This document shows positions 17,549 through 26,569 of a stretch of DNA of 64,000 bases, one piece after another; within the stretch, counting starts at the first letter, position 1, and each line of letters opens with the position of its first letter. Location: the IMG/VR virus record IMGVR_UViG_3300046543_000266, positions 1-64,000 of that record; one strand, 5' to 3'. The notes under the pieces are model-generated. The model was not told the origin of the DNA and ran no database searches. It saw only the letters and a list, made by a program, of their open reading frames with translations. Both the position numbers and the translations under genes were made by a program.

Positions 17549-18034
17549 ATGGCAACGCAAATCAACGCAGTTCAAGCAGCTCGCTCGGTCGCACAAACGG
17601 TCGCTCAACTCACGCGCAAAGTTGCACAGCAAGAAAAGCTGATCGCTCGTCTGCAAGCGAAGGGCAACGGCGCGGCGAAGCCGGTTCGTGCAGCAAAGGG
17701 TCCGAAGGCTGCTCCGGCTGCGAAGAAGGCTGGCAAGATCGTGCGCGAAGCGCGTGAAGGTCGCGGCGCAGCGAAGAACGTGAAGGTCAACGCGAAGGCG
17801 GCTGGTCGTGCTGGCAAGGCATCGGCAGAAGACGACGAAGACGCTCCGGTTGCGAAGCGCGTGAAGGTCGCTGGCAAGGCTGGTCGCGTGGTGAAGGGTC
17901 CGAAGGCTGTCGCAGGCAAGCAAGGTCCGGTCGCGAAGAAGCAAGCAGCGGGCAAGGGTCCGAAGGCTGCTCCGGCGAAGGCTGGCAAGCCGGTCAAGGC
18001 TGCGAAGAAGGGCGGCGACGACTTCCTGCTGTAA
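17549..18034 (+). CDS. histone-H1-like basic protein with N-terminal coiled coil
   Basis: AAGGA SD; KGPKAAPAKAGKP repeats; ends GGDDFLL. Confidence 0.8.
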   Translation: MATQINAVQAARSVAQTVAQLTRKVAQQEKLIARLQAKGNGAAKPVRAAKGPKAAPAAKKAGKIVREAREGRGAAKNVKVNAKAAGRAGKASAEDDEDAPVAKRVKVAGKAGRVVKGPKAVAGKQGPVAKKQAAGKGPKAAPAKAGKPVKAAKKGGDDFLL

Positions 18035-18084
18035 TCGGCCGGTCGGCAACACGCAACACGATGTAAATCTGCATTAGGCAGATC

Positions 18085-18130
18085 GAAGGGCGAAACGCGA
18101 ATTCCGAATCCCGGTTGCGTTTCGCCCTTC
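18085..18130 (+). terminator. long hairpin (terminator or RNase III-type processing site)
   Basis: 14-bp perfect stem GAAGGGCGAAACGC/GCGTTTCGCCCTTC; weak T tract. Confidence 0.55.
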
Positions 18131-18192
18131 TGCCGTTTCGGCACTGCGCGAATTTAATGGGGTCGCCCAGAATTCACGCCACGGAGATAACT

Positions 18193-19206
18193 GTGAAAAA
18201 CGTACAGCGCGTAGCAGATACAAACTTTGATCGCTTCCAGGCCAAGCAAGGTCTGACTGCGAAGAACCAGTCGCAAATGACGAAACTCCTGCCGATGTTG
18301 CAGGTTGGTAGCAAGGCCGGACCTGACGACGCACAGGTCCTCGCTAAGATGGAAGCACGGCTCACCGCGCTCAAAGAATTGCGGGCATCGTTGCACAAGA
18401 CGACGATCTCCCTAGCCAAGCTCCACATAGTAGACAAGGAGCAACAGCTGAAGAAACTCACGATCGCACGCAAGAAGGTGGTGGCGATCGCCGAATCGAA
18501 ACCGCCGGTCGGCGTGTCCAAAGCATTGCGCGCATGTCTGAACGAACTGACGTCGCTGCGCGAGGGTGTGTACGTCGGCACCGCCACTACCCGCAAGACG
18601 CTGGCAATCGTGGCGTGCAGCGATGCTGTCGAGCATGTCGATGGTCTGATCGCCAAGACGACGAAGCGCCTCGAAGCTGCGAAGTCGCAGACGCAAGCTG
18701 GCTCCGGCGATCCGGTGTTCCAGGACGAAGTGGTGAAGGTCATCCAGCGCACGGCCGAAGACGCACACAAGCTGGAGTCGCTGAAGGGCAAGTCGTTCGT
18801 CGTGTGTCGCGTCCCGGTGGTTGCTGTCGCGAAGACGATGCTCGACGCCAACAAGTTGAAAGCCAAGGGCTTCAAGGCCGAAGACATCGGCGGGTATCCG
18901 GTCCTGCACAATCAGCTGGTGATCGGTATCAACAAGGCGATGCTCAACCTCAAGAAGAACGAGATGGACGAGCAAGGTAACAGCCTCAAGCCACTGAGCA
19001 CCGACCGTTGGGTCAACGCCGCCGATCAAGTGCTGGCGATGATCCGCAAGCAGACGAAGGTCAAGTATCAGCTGGTGGATGCGCGTCCGTACGGACATGC
19101 TGGTGGTGCGTGGTTCTGGGCGATGCCGGAACGTGATCTGAATCTGTTTGCTACGTCGTTCCCGGGCAAGGCAGTTTCCCTGCAATCGTGGGGCTTCGGC
19201 TTCTAA
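18193..19206 (+). CDS. hypothetical protein
   Basis: GGAG SD before GTG 18193; long ORF. Confidence 0.75.
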   Translation: MKNVQRVADTNFDRFQAKQGLTAKNQSQMTKLLPMLQVGSKAGPDDAQVLAKMEARLTALKELRASLHKTTISLAKLHIVDKEQQLKKLTIARKKVVAIAESKPPVGVSKALRACLNELTSLREGVYVGTATTRKTLAIVACSDAVEHVDGLIAKTTKRLEAAKSQTQAGSGDPVFQDEVVKVIQRTAEDAHKLESLKGKSFVVCRVPVVAVAKTMLDANKLKAKGFKAEDIGGYPVLHNQLVIGINKAMLNLKKNEMDEQGNSLKPLSTDRWVNAADQVLAMIRKQTKVKYQLVDARPYGHAGGAWFWAMPERDLNLFATSFPGKAVSLQSWGFGF

Positions 19207-19224
19207 CAGGCGGAGGTGCCAACC

Positions 19225-19737
19225 ATGCTTGTCCATCAACTGGTAGTGCTTCCGACGCCGGAAACTCTCGACTATCTCGGGAAAGTGTTTTCGGCGTGTC
19301 CGTTCAACCTCGATCTGTCGCAAGCGTATGTCGAGATAAACAGCTCGCAGACGTCGATGGTTCCCGACACTGCCCGCATCTACACGGCGCGAGCAGGAAA
19401 TCTGCAGGTGTTCTACGACGCGTCCACTCAGCAGACGTCGTTGCTGTTGCCGTTGCACAGTCCGGCGCTCGAATCGCGCGTTTCCGAACTGCGGGAGTCT
19501 GCGCCGTCTGCGTTCTACGGCGAGCACTACTTCCCGAATCTGGTGCTGGTCCGCGGAATGCCGCCGCTGGCTCGGACGTACCGCTCGTTCATTGCCAGTG
19601 TTGCAACCACGCTGGCGAGCGATCCCAACCAAGTGTTGACGTTCGACGCCGAGCTCGTGATGTCCAAGGATTTCCACACCATCCCGGACGCCGACTACTA
19701 CGAATCGCAGTTGGCAAACAACTTCGCACGTCGTTGA
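19225..19737 (+). CDS. Acb1/T4 gp57B-like 2H phosphoesterase fold, catalytic His absent
   Basis: GGAGG SD; ETLDYL, AGNLQVF, SLLLPLHSPALESR, YFPNLVL align by eye with recalled gp57B. Confidence 0.5.
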   Translation: MLVHQLVVLPTPETLDYLGKVFSACPFNLDLSQAYVEINSSQTSMVPDTARIYTARAGNLQVFYDASTQQTSLLLPLHSPALESRVSELRESAPSAFYGEHYFPNLVLVRGMPPLARTYRSFIASVATTLASDPNQVLTFDAELVMSKDFHTIPDADYYESQLANNFARR

Positions 19738-19754
19738 TCCTGGAATAGCCGTAT

Positions 19755-19796
19755 GCACGCGGAGCAGTTTTACAACTCCGCGTGCCCTAGTAAATA
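19755..19796 (+). promoter_or_regulatory. hairpin followed by TAGTAAATA box
   Basis: GCACGCGGAG/CTCCGCGTGC stem 19755-19785; motif 19788-19796. Confidence 0.65.
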
Positions 19797-19899
19797 GTTT
19801 GCAGTTACCTGATCTTCTCTAACCTATCGAAAGGGTTATCGCGCGTTACCTGTTGTCGGCGTTCAGTCGATACCATTACTCCCCACGCTGAAATAAACT

Positions 19900-20352
19900 A
19901 TGGACTCAATCGTCCTTCCACATTGTTGGGTCTGTGAGAAACGTTTCACAGATGCCAGTCCACCCGGACCCGCCAACAAGGAAATCCACCACATCATCCC
20001 TCGTCAGGCTGGTGGATCCGACGGACCGACAGTTACGATTTGTGACGGTCATCACGCGGCGCTCCACAAGATTGCGCTGCGTATGAAAAGCGGCAAACCC
20101 CACTTCGATCTTCTGGTAGGCGACACACCGCCCCAGAAGCAGAAGGTGCTTTGGCTGGCGTCCCGGGTCCACATCGCGTTCGAGGCCGTCAAGAATGACC
20201 CGAACAAGAAGGTGGTGGTAGTCATGGGTCTCAACGCACAGCAGCAGTTGATGATTGATCGCCTCAAGAAAGTGTATCCCACCCTGAAGTCTCGCGAGGC
20301 CATTTTCAATCTCGCACTTCAGAACCTTTACAACCGTCACTTCCAGGAGTAA
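19900..20352 (+). CDS. HNH endonuclease with C-terminal RHH-like segment
   Basis: CWVC..EIHHIIPRQAGGSDGPTVTICDGHHAALH. Confidence 0.8.
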   Translation: MDSIVLPHCWVCEKRFTDASPPGPANKEIHHIIPRQAGGSDGPTVTICDGHHAALHKIALRMKSGKPHFDLLVGDTPPQKQKVLWLASRVHIAFEAVKNDPNKKVVVVMGLNAQQQLMIDRLKKVYPTLKSREAIFNLALQNLYNRHFQE

Positions 20353-20356
20353 GTTC

Positions 20357-20743
20357 ATGGATGAAATCAAAACCGGTGAAGTTATCATCGTCCACCTGAC
20401 CAACGGTCAGACCATCGTTGGCAGGGGTGCTCCCAACATCGACTCCGTCGAGGACGGCTTGCTGCTCGACTCGCCCCACGAATTGATTGGTGGTCAGCGC
20501 CCGGACGGCACTCTTGGCTTCGGGATGCAACCGTATCTGTCGATGGGTGGTCTGCTTCCGGCGTTTGAGCGCTTCGCCTTCGAGTGGGACAACATCGTCA
20601 CCGCCCGCGAATGTCCGGAGCAGATTCAGCGTGCGTTCCTGGAACTGACGAGTGGACTGCAGATTGCCAAGACGCTGCCGACCGGTGGACAAAACGGGCA
20701 AGGCCGACCCACAAACCCGGCCAGTTTGCTAGTGGTGCCCTAA
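20357..20743 (+). CDS. hypothetical, possible Sm-like fold
   Basis: IIVHLTNGQTIVG start pattern (weak). Confidence 0.6.
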   Translation: MDEIKTGEVIIVHLTNGQTIVGRGAPNIDSVEDGLLLDSPHELIGGQRPDGTLGFGMQPYLSMGGLLPAFERFAFEWDNIVTARECPEQIQRAFLELTSGLQIAKTLPTGGQNGQGRPTNPASLLVVP

Positions 20744-20839
20744 TTAAAAGCCGGTAAAGTCACGCGGTAACATTTACTGGCGGGCATTTCTGCAGGGTCT
20801 ACTTACCGCAAATAGGCAATAACGCCATTGTACATACGG

Positions 20840-20845
20840 TATAAT
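20840..20845 (+). promoter_or_regulatory. -10 promoter element
   Basis: TATAAT in a 330-bp intergenic gap upstream of 21075/21767. Confidence 0.55.
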
Positions 20846-21074
20846 GTTTCCAGTGGTGCTTAATTGGTTTGCGGGTTTATAGCAGGTTGCGTTTTACCAA
20901 ACTCGCAAACCAGTCACGTGCTGGTAATCCACAGCAGGCATCACAGGTCCCGCGTATCGTATATCCACTCAGTCTGGTGGAAGGCTCTAGATCAGATCCG
21001 TGCTACGAGGCTCGGGTTCGTACTCCTCAAACACATATCATAAAAACGGTCGACCCTCAGGGTCACACATCACT

Positions 21075-21749
21075 ATGCTGAAGAAAGACACTCTTGGTAG
21101 TGCCAGTGCCAAATCCCTCGATGAGGCCTTCAAATGTGGTGAGTGCGTACACTTCAAGCAGCACGCGCACTCCAGTCGTCAGCAGGTATGTTCAAAAGAA
21201 GGGATACGTGCCGTCGGCATCGCCCCTAAGTGTTTCACCCCGGACGTTACGGTCATCGCCCAGAACTCCGACCACTTCGTCCAGGTCGCAGCAATGTTTC
21301 AGTCGTTCACACCAAAGCAGCGCCGCATCTTTCTGGCGCTCCTGCGCAGCAACAAGAAGAAGCCGCACGCGATGGGAACCAAGCTGTACTTCAAGGTCGG
21401 CAAGGATTTCATCAGCAACTACCTGTGCGGTTATGTCGCGGGCTACACATCCAGTGGCGAGCTCATGCTCATCGGCAGCCCGGATCGCAAAACTCGTGGT
21501 ACGTCGTTCGTGTCTTACCTTGCTCCTGATAGTGCTGGACTGCTTACTGCCTCTGAATGGAAAGTGAAACGTCAATCCTTGAAGGAACGCAATCTGATTC
21601 ACGATCCCTCAAATCGTGTGATCAAGCGTGCCTCGGTCGTAGACAACTACGAACCGCCGACCATCGACAACGCCCCGTCGTCGTGGTACGACAAAAAGGA
21701 ACCGGTCAAGCGCCGGAAGACGGATTCACTTTCCTTCAACATCAGTTAA
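21075..21749 (+). CDS. hypothetical protein with Cys cluster
   Basis: CGECVHF..C..C; ATG 21075 in frame. Confidence 0.7.
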   Translation: MLKKDTLGSASAKSLDEAFKCGECVHFKQHAHSSRQQVCSKEGIRAVGIAPKCFTPDVTVIAQNSDHFVQVAAMFQSFTPKQRRIFLALLRSNKKKPHAMGTKLYFKVGKDFISNYLCGYVAGYTSSGELMLIGSPDRKTRGTSFVSYLAPDSAGLLTASEWKVKRQSLKERNLIHDPSNRVIKRASVVDNYEPPTIDNAPSSWYDKKEPVKRRKTDSLSFNIS

Positions 21750-21766
21750 TAAAAAGAGGCAGTATT

Positions 21767-22711
21767 TTGTTACGGCAACTTTTGGGTCTCCGGCCTTCGG
21801 AGATGGCGAAAATCGGCGGGGCCGTTTTCGCCTACTTGTTTCATCGGATCACACAGCGCGAGCTCGTGGCGATCATCGATGATAAAGAGAAAGAGGAACG
21901 TATCCTTGAAGTCGTTAGACGCAAGGGCTACGTTCTTCGAGACTGCAAACTGTACGCTTGGGCGGCGTACCGTGCGCGTTTCGGCTATCCCAAGCCAAGC
22001 ATTAAAGAGTTCGGTGTTACTCGAAGGGACGCCGCCTTCTTGTCCCGGCTCAATCTCGGTCACTTGTCCATTGACTTCGAGTCTTACAATTTGGAAGACT
22101 TCAAGGCTCTTGTAGAAGGCACGGTGAAGAGTCCGACCATGGATGCATACATCGGACGCTTCATTAGCAAGAAGATGTTGTTCTTAACTCGCAGTTACGG
22201 GGTGAAGCGCAGTGATCTCGAATCCGACATGCTGTCCGGCGCTCTGCGTGCCGTGTACATGCACTTCCCGAGATTCGAGTCGCTGCTGCATTTCACAAAT
22301 GTGGCAAAGGCGGCAATCCATAACACTGGTATGTCGCTCATCACGTACCACACCAGTCCAGCCCGACAACGGCTGTTTATCAACGAGAGCGGTGGCTTCG
22401 AGGCGACCCACGTCGATGTGGACGTGATGTCCAGCGTCGAGGCACCGCAGCAATACATGGCCCACGCGAAGGAATCCCTGGAGGTCCTCGTAAAGCTGGC
22501 GCACAAAATGCGTCCCGATGTTCAACGGTTCTTGTTGTGTTGTGCAGGTCACTACGACGAGGGATTCTCGGACTACCTGGAAACCGATAACTCCTTGGCC
22601 GTAGATAGCATGGCGTACTCGCGGTATCTGGGTAAGGCCCGGAAGTACTTCGAGTTCAGTGAAACGCAGGTACAGAAACTCTTCGAGAAATTGAAGATGC
22701 ATTTAGAGTAA
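21767..22711 (+). CDS. putative sigma-70-family phage sigma factor
   Basis: Region-2-like RSDLESDMLSGALRAVYMHF..HFTNVAKAAIHN..LI; region-4-like C-terminal FSETQVQKLFEKL; TTG start after GAGG inferred. Confidence 0.55.
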   Translation: MLRQLLGLRPSEMAKIGGAVFAYLFHRITQRELVAIIDDKEKEERILEVVRRKGYVLRDCKLYAWAAYRARFGYPKPSIKEFGVTRRDAAFLSRLNLGHLSIDFESYNLEDFKALVEGTVKSPTMDAYIGRFISKKMLFLTRSYGVKRSDLESDMLSGALRAVYMHFPRFESLLHFTNVAKAAIHNTGMSLITYHTSPARQRLFINESGGFEATHVDVDVMSSVEAPQQYMAHAKESLEVLVKLAHKMRPDVQRFLLCCAGHYDEGFSDYLETDNSLAVDSMAYSRYLGKARKYFEFSETQVQKLFEKLKMHLE

Positions 22712-22727
22712 CCAACGGGGTGCTTTA

Positions 22728-23039
22728 ATGTGTAACGACGCAGCGGTCCTGTCCAGAGAACTAACCGAGTTCCAACGACGTCAGCAGGTGTTTGCCGCTC
22801 AGTTCAATCTGAGCCTTGATGAATACCTTCGCATCATGCGAGCATCCACGACCGAAGAAGCTATCGTGATCCTCGAACTGACAAAAGTAAGGAAGCACCG
22901 CTCGTTACACCGTAGTAAGGCACATGACCAAGTTCGCAGGTGGCTAGATCTGAATCTGTTGGATAAGCCCCTGCACCCTTCCCAGTACATATTCTTCCGG
23001 CCGAAGTGGCCGATCACGTGGCAGTTCCCTAAACCCTAA
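22728..23039 (+). CDS. hypothetical protein
   Basis: 103 aa ORF. Confidence 0.6.
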   Translation: MCNDAAVLSRELTEFQRRQQVFAAQFNLSLDEYLRIMRASTTEEAIVILELTKVRKHRSLHRSKAHDQVRRWLDLNLLDKPLHPSQYIFFRPKWPITWQFPKP

Positions 23040-23173
23040 CCTCCAGTCAGCTATGCAAGGTATCTACGTTCTTATTGGCATCGTCATCGCAGGTACGGCA
23101 TTTCTATCAGCCGTCGGCTACGGCTACTGACTAGCCTAGCCATTCATCAATCAACCCTCTGAGGTTCATTACT

Positions 23174-23617
<444 letters not shown>

Positions 23618-23653
23618 CCTGCTGCATCCAACGCTCATTATTGAGGAGAAGTA

Positions 23654-23809
23654 ATGCACGGAAAACGATATGGGGTTGATCGCTTCGCGGCTCGTGACAA
23701 GAAGCTGAACCACCTCCATTCGCGTCTTGCTCTGATGGAGCGGGCTGGCAACACGGCGGAGATCACCCGCCTTCACAAGTTGATCAAGCAACTGTCGTGC
23801 TCTATCTGA
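23654..23809 (+). CDS. small basic protein (51 aa, below ORF-track cutoff)
   Basis: GAGGAG SD; MHGKRYGVDRFAARDKKLNHLHSRL... Confidence 0.65.
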   Translation: MHGKRYGVDRFAARDKKLNHLHSRLALMERAGNTAEITRLHKLIKQLSCSI

Positions 23810-23934
23810 AGTAGTCGTTCATCTTGTTTCGCTTGTAGCACTTTGCAGTATAGGCCAATCTAAAATCACAAACGGGACACACCGACCCTTCCCAAACAAT
23901 CATCGGTGTGTCCCTTAAAACAAAGGTAATAAAA

Positions 23935-25692
23935 ATGAAAAAGACGACCATCGCAATCGCAATCCTGTCCTCGTTCGCAGCTCCGGCATTCGCAACGCAG
24001 TACGTGGCCTACGACACGGTTCCGGGCAGTCACGGCCAGTCGGAAGTGGACTACGGCAACGTCACGATGCAGGGTACGAACGGCACGAAGATCCACAACG
24101 TCGCGGCGGGTACGTCAGGCACGGATGCAGTCAATGTCAACCAGCTGAACAGCGCAATCGCTACGGTCAAGACCCAGAAGGGCGATACCGGCGCGACGGG
24201 TGCCACAGGTGCTCAAGGGGTCGCGGGTAAGGACGGCAAGAACGGCATCGATGGTAAGAACGGCATCGATGGTAAGAACGGCATCGATGGAGCAGCGGGT
24301 GCGACCGGCGCTCAAGGCGTCGCAGGTAAGGATGGTGCGAAGGGCGACACTGGCGCACAGGGTATCCAGGGTGTGAAAGGCGATAAGGGTGAGAAGGGCA
24401 ACACTGGCGCTTCTGTTGCTGGCGTGTCTATCAACGGCACGACTGTGACGACAACGCTCGACAACGGTTCGCAGGTGAACGGCACTATCACGGGTCTGGC
24501 TACGACGGAGCAGTTGAACCAGACGAACGTCAACGCCAGCGCTCTGGGTTCGAAGGTGGACCAAGCTACCACGACGGCGAATCAAGCCAAGTCCATCGCA
24601 CAAGGGGCAGACGCCAAGTCGAACACGGCAATCGGCATCGCCGCCGGAGCAGCTATCACCGCGACCGGTGCAGCCATCGTCAGCGGCATCGCCTACGAGA
24701 AGGCTGACAATGCTCAGCAAGTCGCTGGTCAGGCCAACGCCACGTCCAACCAAGCGAAGAACATCGCTCAAGGTGCGGCGTACCAAGCCAGTCACGCAGA
24801 CCAAGTCGCGGCTGAAGCCAACACGACGGCAGGTAAGGCAACCGTCACAGCACAGGCAGCAGATGCGAAGTCGGACATCGCACTGGCAACCGGCGTGAAG
24901 AACAGCGGTGACATCAACAAGCTGAACGCGGGCTTGGCGACTACCAACTCGCATGTCGCGCAGAACACGGCAGACATAGCGGCCAATCAGCAAGCCATCC
25001 GCTCGGAAGCTGGCCGTGCTCAAGACGCTGAGTGGAAGCTGGGATCAGCGATCACGTCGGAAACGTCGCGCGCAACGGCTGCCGAGCAGGGCATCCAGTC
25101 GCAAGTGACGGGCAACACGAAGAGCATCAACAATCTCAACGCACGCCAAGCCAACACCGAAGCGTGGATCGGAAATGCGAACGCGGGAGCCATCGGTCAA
25201 GGCTCGCAAGTGAAGGCGAACAACGCAGTTGCACTCGGTGCTGGCTCCGTGGCAGATCGTGACAATACCGTGTCCGTAGGCGCTGCTGGTCAGGAGCGTC
25301 AGGTCACCAACGTCGCAGCCGGTACGCAAGCAACCGACGCGGTGAACGTGTCGCAGCTGAACAGCTACATGCGTCAGACAGCAAAGGCGGTGGACAACTC
25401 GAATGCCTACACGGATCAGCGAGTCAACGCTCTGCAGTCGTCGTTCGATAGCTTCAAGAAGGATACCTACGGCGGCATCGCAACGGCGCTGGCAATTGCA
25501 GGACTGCCGCAGCCGACGGCTCCGGGTCGTTCGATGGTGTCGGTGGCGGGTTCCACGTATCACGGGGCAACCGGTCTGGCCGCTGGCTACTCGCAGGTAA
25601 CGCAAGACGAGCGTTGGGTGATGAAGGCGTCGGTTACCACGAGCAACCGTGGCGACTTCGGTGCTGTGCTCGGCGCTGGTCGTCAATTCTGA
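23935..25692 (+). CDS. trimeric autotransporter adhesin (YadA-like) with collagen-like G-X-Y segment
   Basis: Signal peptide MKKTTIAIAILSSFAAPAFA; VAAG..TDAVNVxQL necks; GXY repeats; AVALGAGSVA head; anchor GIATALA..GAGRQF. Confidence 0.92.
   Translation: MKKTTIAIAILSSFAAPAFATQYVAYDTVPGSHGQSEVDYGNVTMQGTNGTKIHNVAAGTSGTDAVNVNQLNSAIATVKTQKGDTGATGATGAQGVAGKDGKNGIDGKNGIDGKNGIDGAAGATGAQGVAGKDGAKGDTGAQGIQGVKGDKGEKGNTGASVAGVSINGTTVTTTLDNGSQVNGTITGLATTEQLNQTNVNASALGSKVDQATTTANQAKSIAQGADAKSNTAIGIAAGAAITATGAAIVSGIAYEKADNAQQVAGQANATSNQAKNIAQGAAYQASHADQVAAEANTTAGKATVTAQAADAKSDIALATGVKNSGDINKLNAGLATTNSHVAQNTADIAANQQAIRSEAGRAQDAEWKLGSAITSETSRATAAEQGIQSQVTGNTKSINNLNARQANTEAWIGNANAGAIGQGSQVKANNAVALGAGSVADRDNTVSVGAAGQERQVTNVAAGTQATDAVNVSQLNSYMRQTAKAVDNSNAYTDQRVNALQSSFDSFKKDTYGGIATALAIAGLPQPTAPGRSMVSVAGSTYHGATGLAAGYSQVTQDERWVMKASVTTSNRGDFGAVLGAGRQF
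24235..24288 (+). repeat. 3 x 18 bp tandem repeat (GKNGID)
   Basis: GG(C/T)AAGAACGGCATCGAT x3. Confidence 0.9.
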
Positions 25693-25696
25693 CGCG

Positions 25697-25742
25697 TAGT
25701 AAATAGCAGTACAAGAGGGGTTCCTTGTTTGGGACCCCTCTT
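25697..25742 (+). promoter_or_regulatory. TAGTAAATA box plus hairpin
   Basis: Motif 25697-25705; AAGAGGGGTTCC/GGGACCCCTCTT stem 25713-25742. Confidence 0.65.
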
Positions 25743-25795
25743 CGTCATTTCAGTTGTTACGAAATGTATCTTCCATTTCCAATTTGAGCACATTC

Positions 25796-26068
25796 ATGAA
25801 TCTCTTCGAACGAATTCCCCTCTCCGCAGACGAGCAAGCCGCCGCAAACAACGACGTGCAAGACTGGGGCGAGTCGCTGTCCAACATGACGATCTCTCTG
25901 TGCCAGCTCAACGAATCGGTGCCGAACGGCCAGATCGAGCGCACCGCCCACTACTTCGAGTTGCTCGAAGCCAACGCACGCCATCTCCGTAAGTTCCTGG
26001 AAATCCGCGGCGCTCTCGCCAAGGTCGAAGCTCTCGACGTGCGCGCAGCCGAAGAGCCCACGCTCTGA
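25796..26068 (+). CDS. hypothetical protein
   Basis: ATG 25796 in ORF 25754..26068. Confidence 0.65.
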   Translation: MNLFERIPLSADEQAAANNDVQDWGESLSNMTISLCQLNESVPNGQIERTAHYFELLEANARHLRKFLEIRGALAKVEALDVRAAEEPTL

Positions 26069-26149
26069 CAAGTATAACCTCGGGACGTCGCTGACGGAAA
26101 GAGGATACGAACCCACCCACGTTAACCTTCCTTAGGAGTCGTCCCGACC

Positions 26150-26548
26150 ATGGATATCTCAGCAACCACCCCGATTCTCCAACGATCCATCCTGCCTGAC
26201 GTGCGCCCCTTCTCGTGCGTAGTCGGCCAGAAGTCGATCAGCGGCACCGTCACGTACTACACGCCGCTCGTATCGCCCGACACTCACGGTGTCTACACCG
26301 TAGAAGCCCTCGTCGGCTACACGCAGTACAAGTTTGCCATCAACAGGACGGGGTCCGTGTGGTCCACGGGTATCGTCTCCGTGTACGATCACGGCAAGAT
26401 TGAAAGCCTGGACGCGTTCATCCTGTCACACCCCAAGATTGAGGAACTGTTTGAACAGGCGCTGACCACCCTCACAACGTATCGCAATCACGGCGTCGCT
26501 GGCATCGACTCGACTCAGCCGATCGATACGACGCGGCCCCCAAACTAA
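26150..26548 (+). CDS. hypothetical protein
   Basis: 132 aa, AGGAG SD. Confidence 0.7.
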   Translation: MDISATTPILQRSILPDVRPFSCVVGQKSISGTVTYYTPLVSPDTHGVYTVEALVGYTQYKFAINRTGSVWSTGIVSVYDHGKIESLDAFILSHPKIEELFEQALTTLTTYRNHGVAGIDSTQPIDTTRPPN

Positions 26549-26569
26549 ATAACGGAGCACGGTTCAGTC

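Noticed and set aside
20950-21035. tRNA-like words (CTCAGTCTGGT, GGGTTCGTACTCC)
   Set aside because: D-stem, anticodon stem and acceptor stem do not pair into a cloverleaf; kept only as part of the structured-leader finding.
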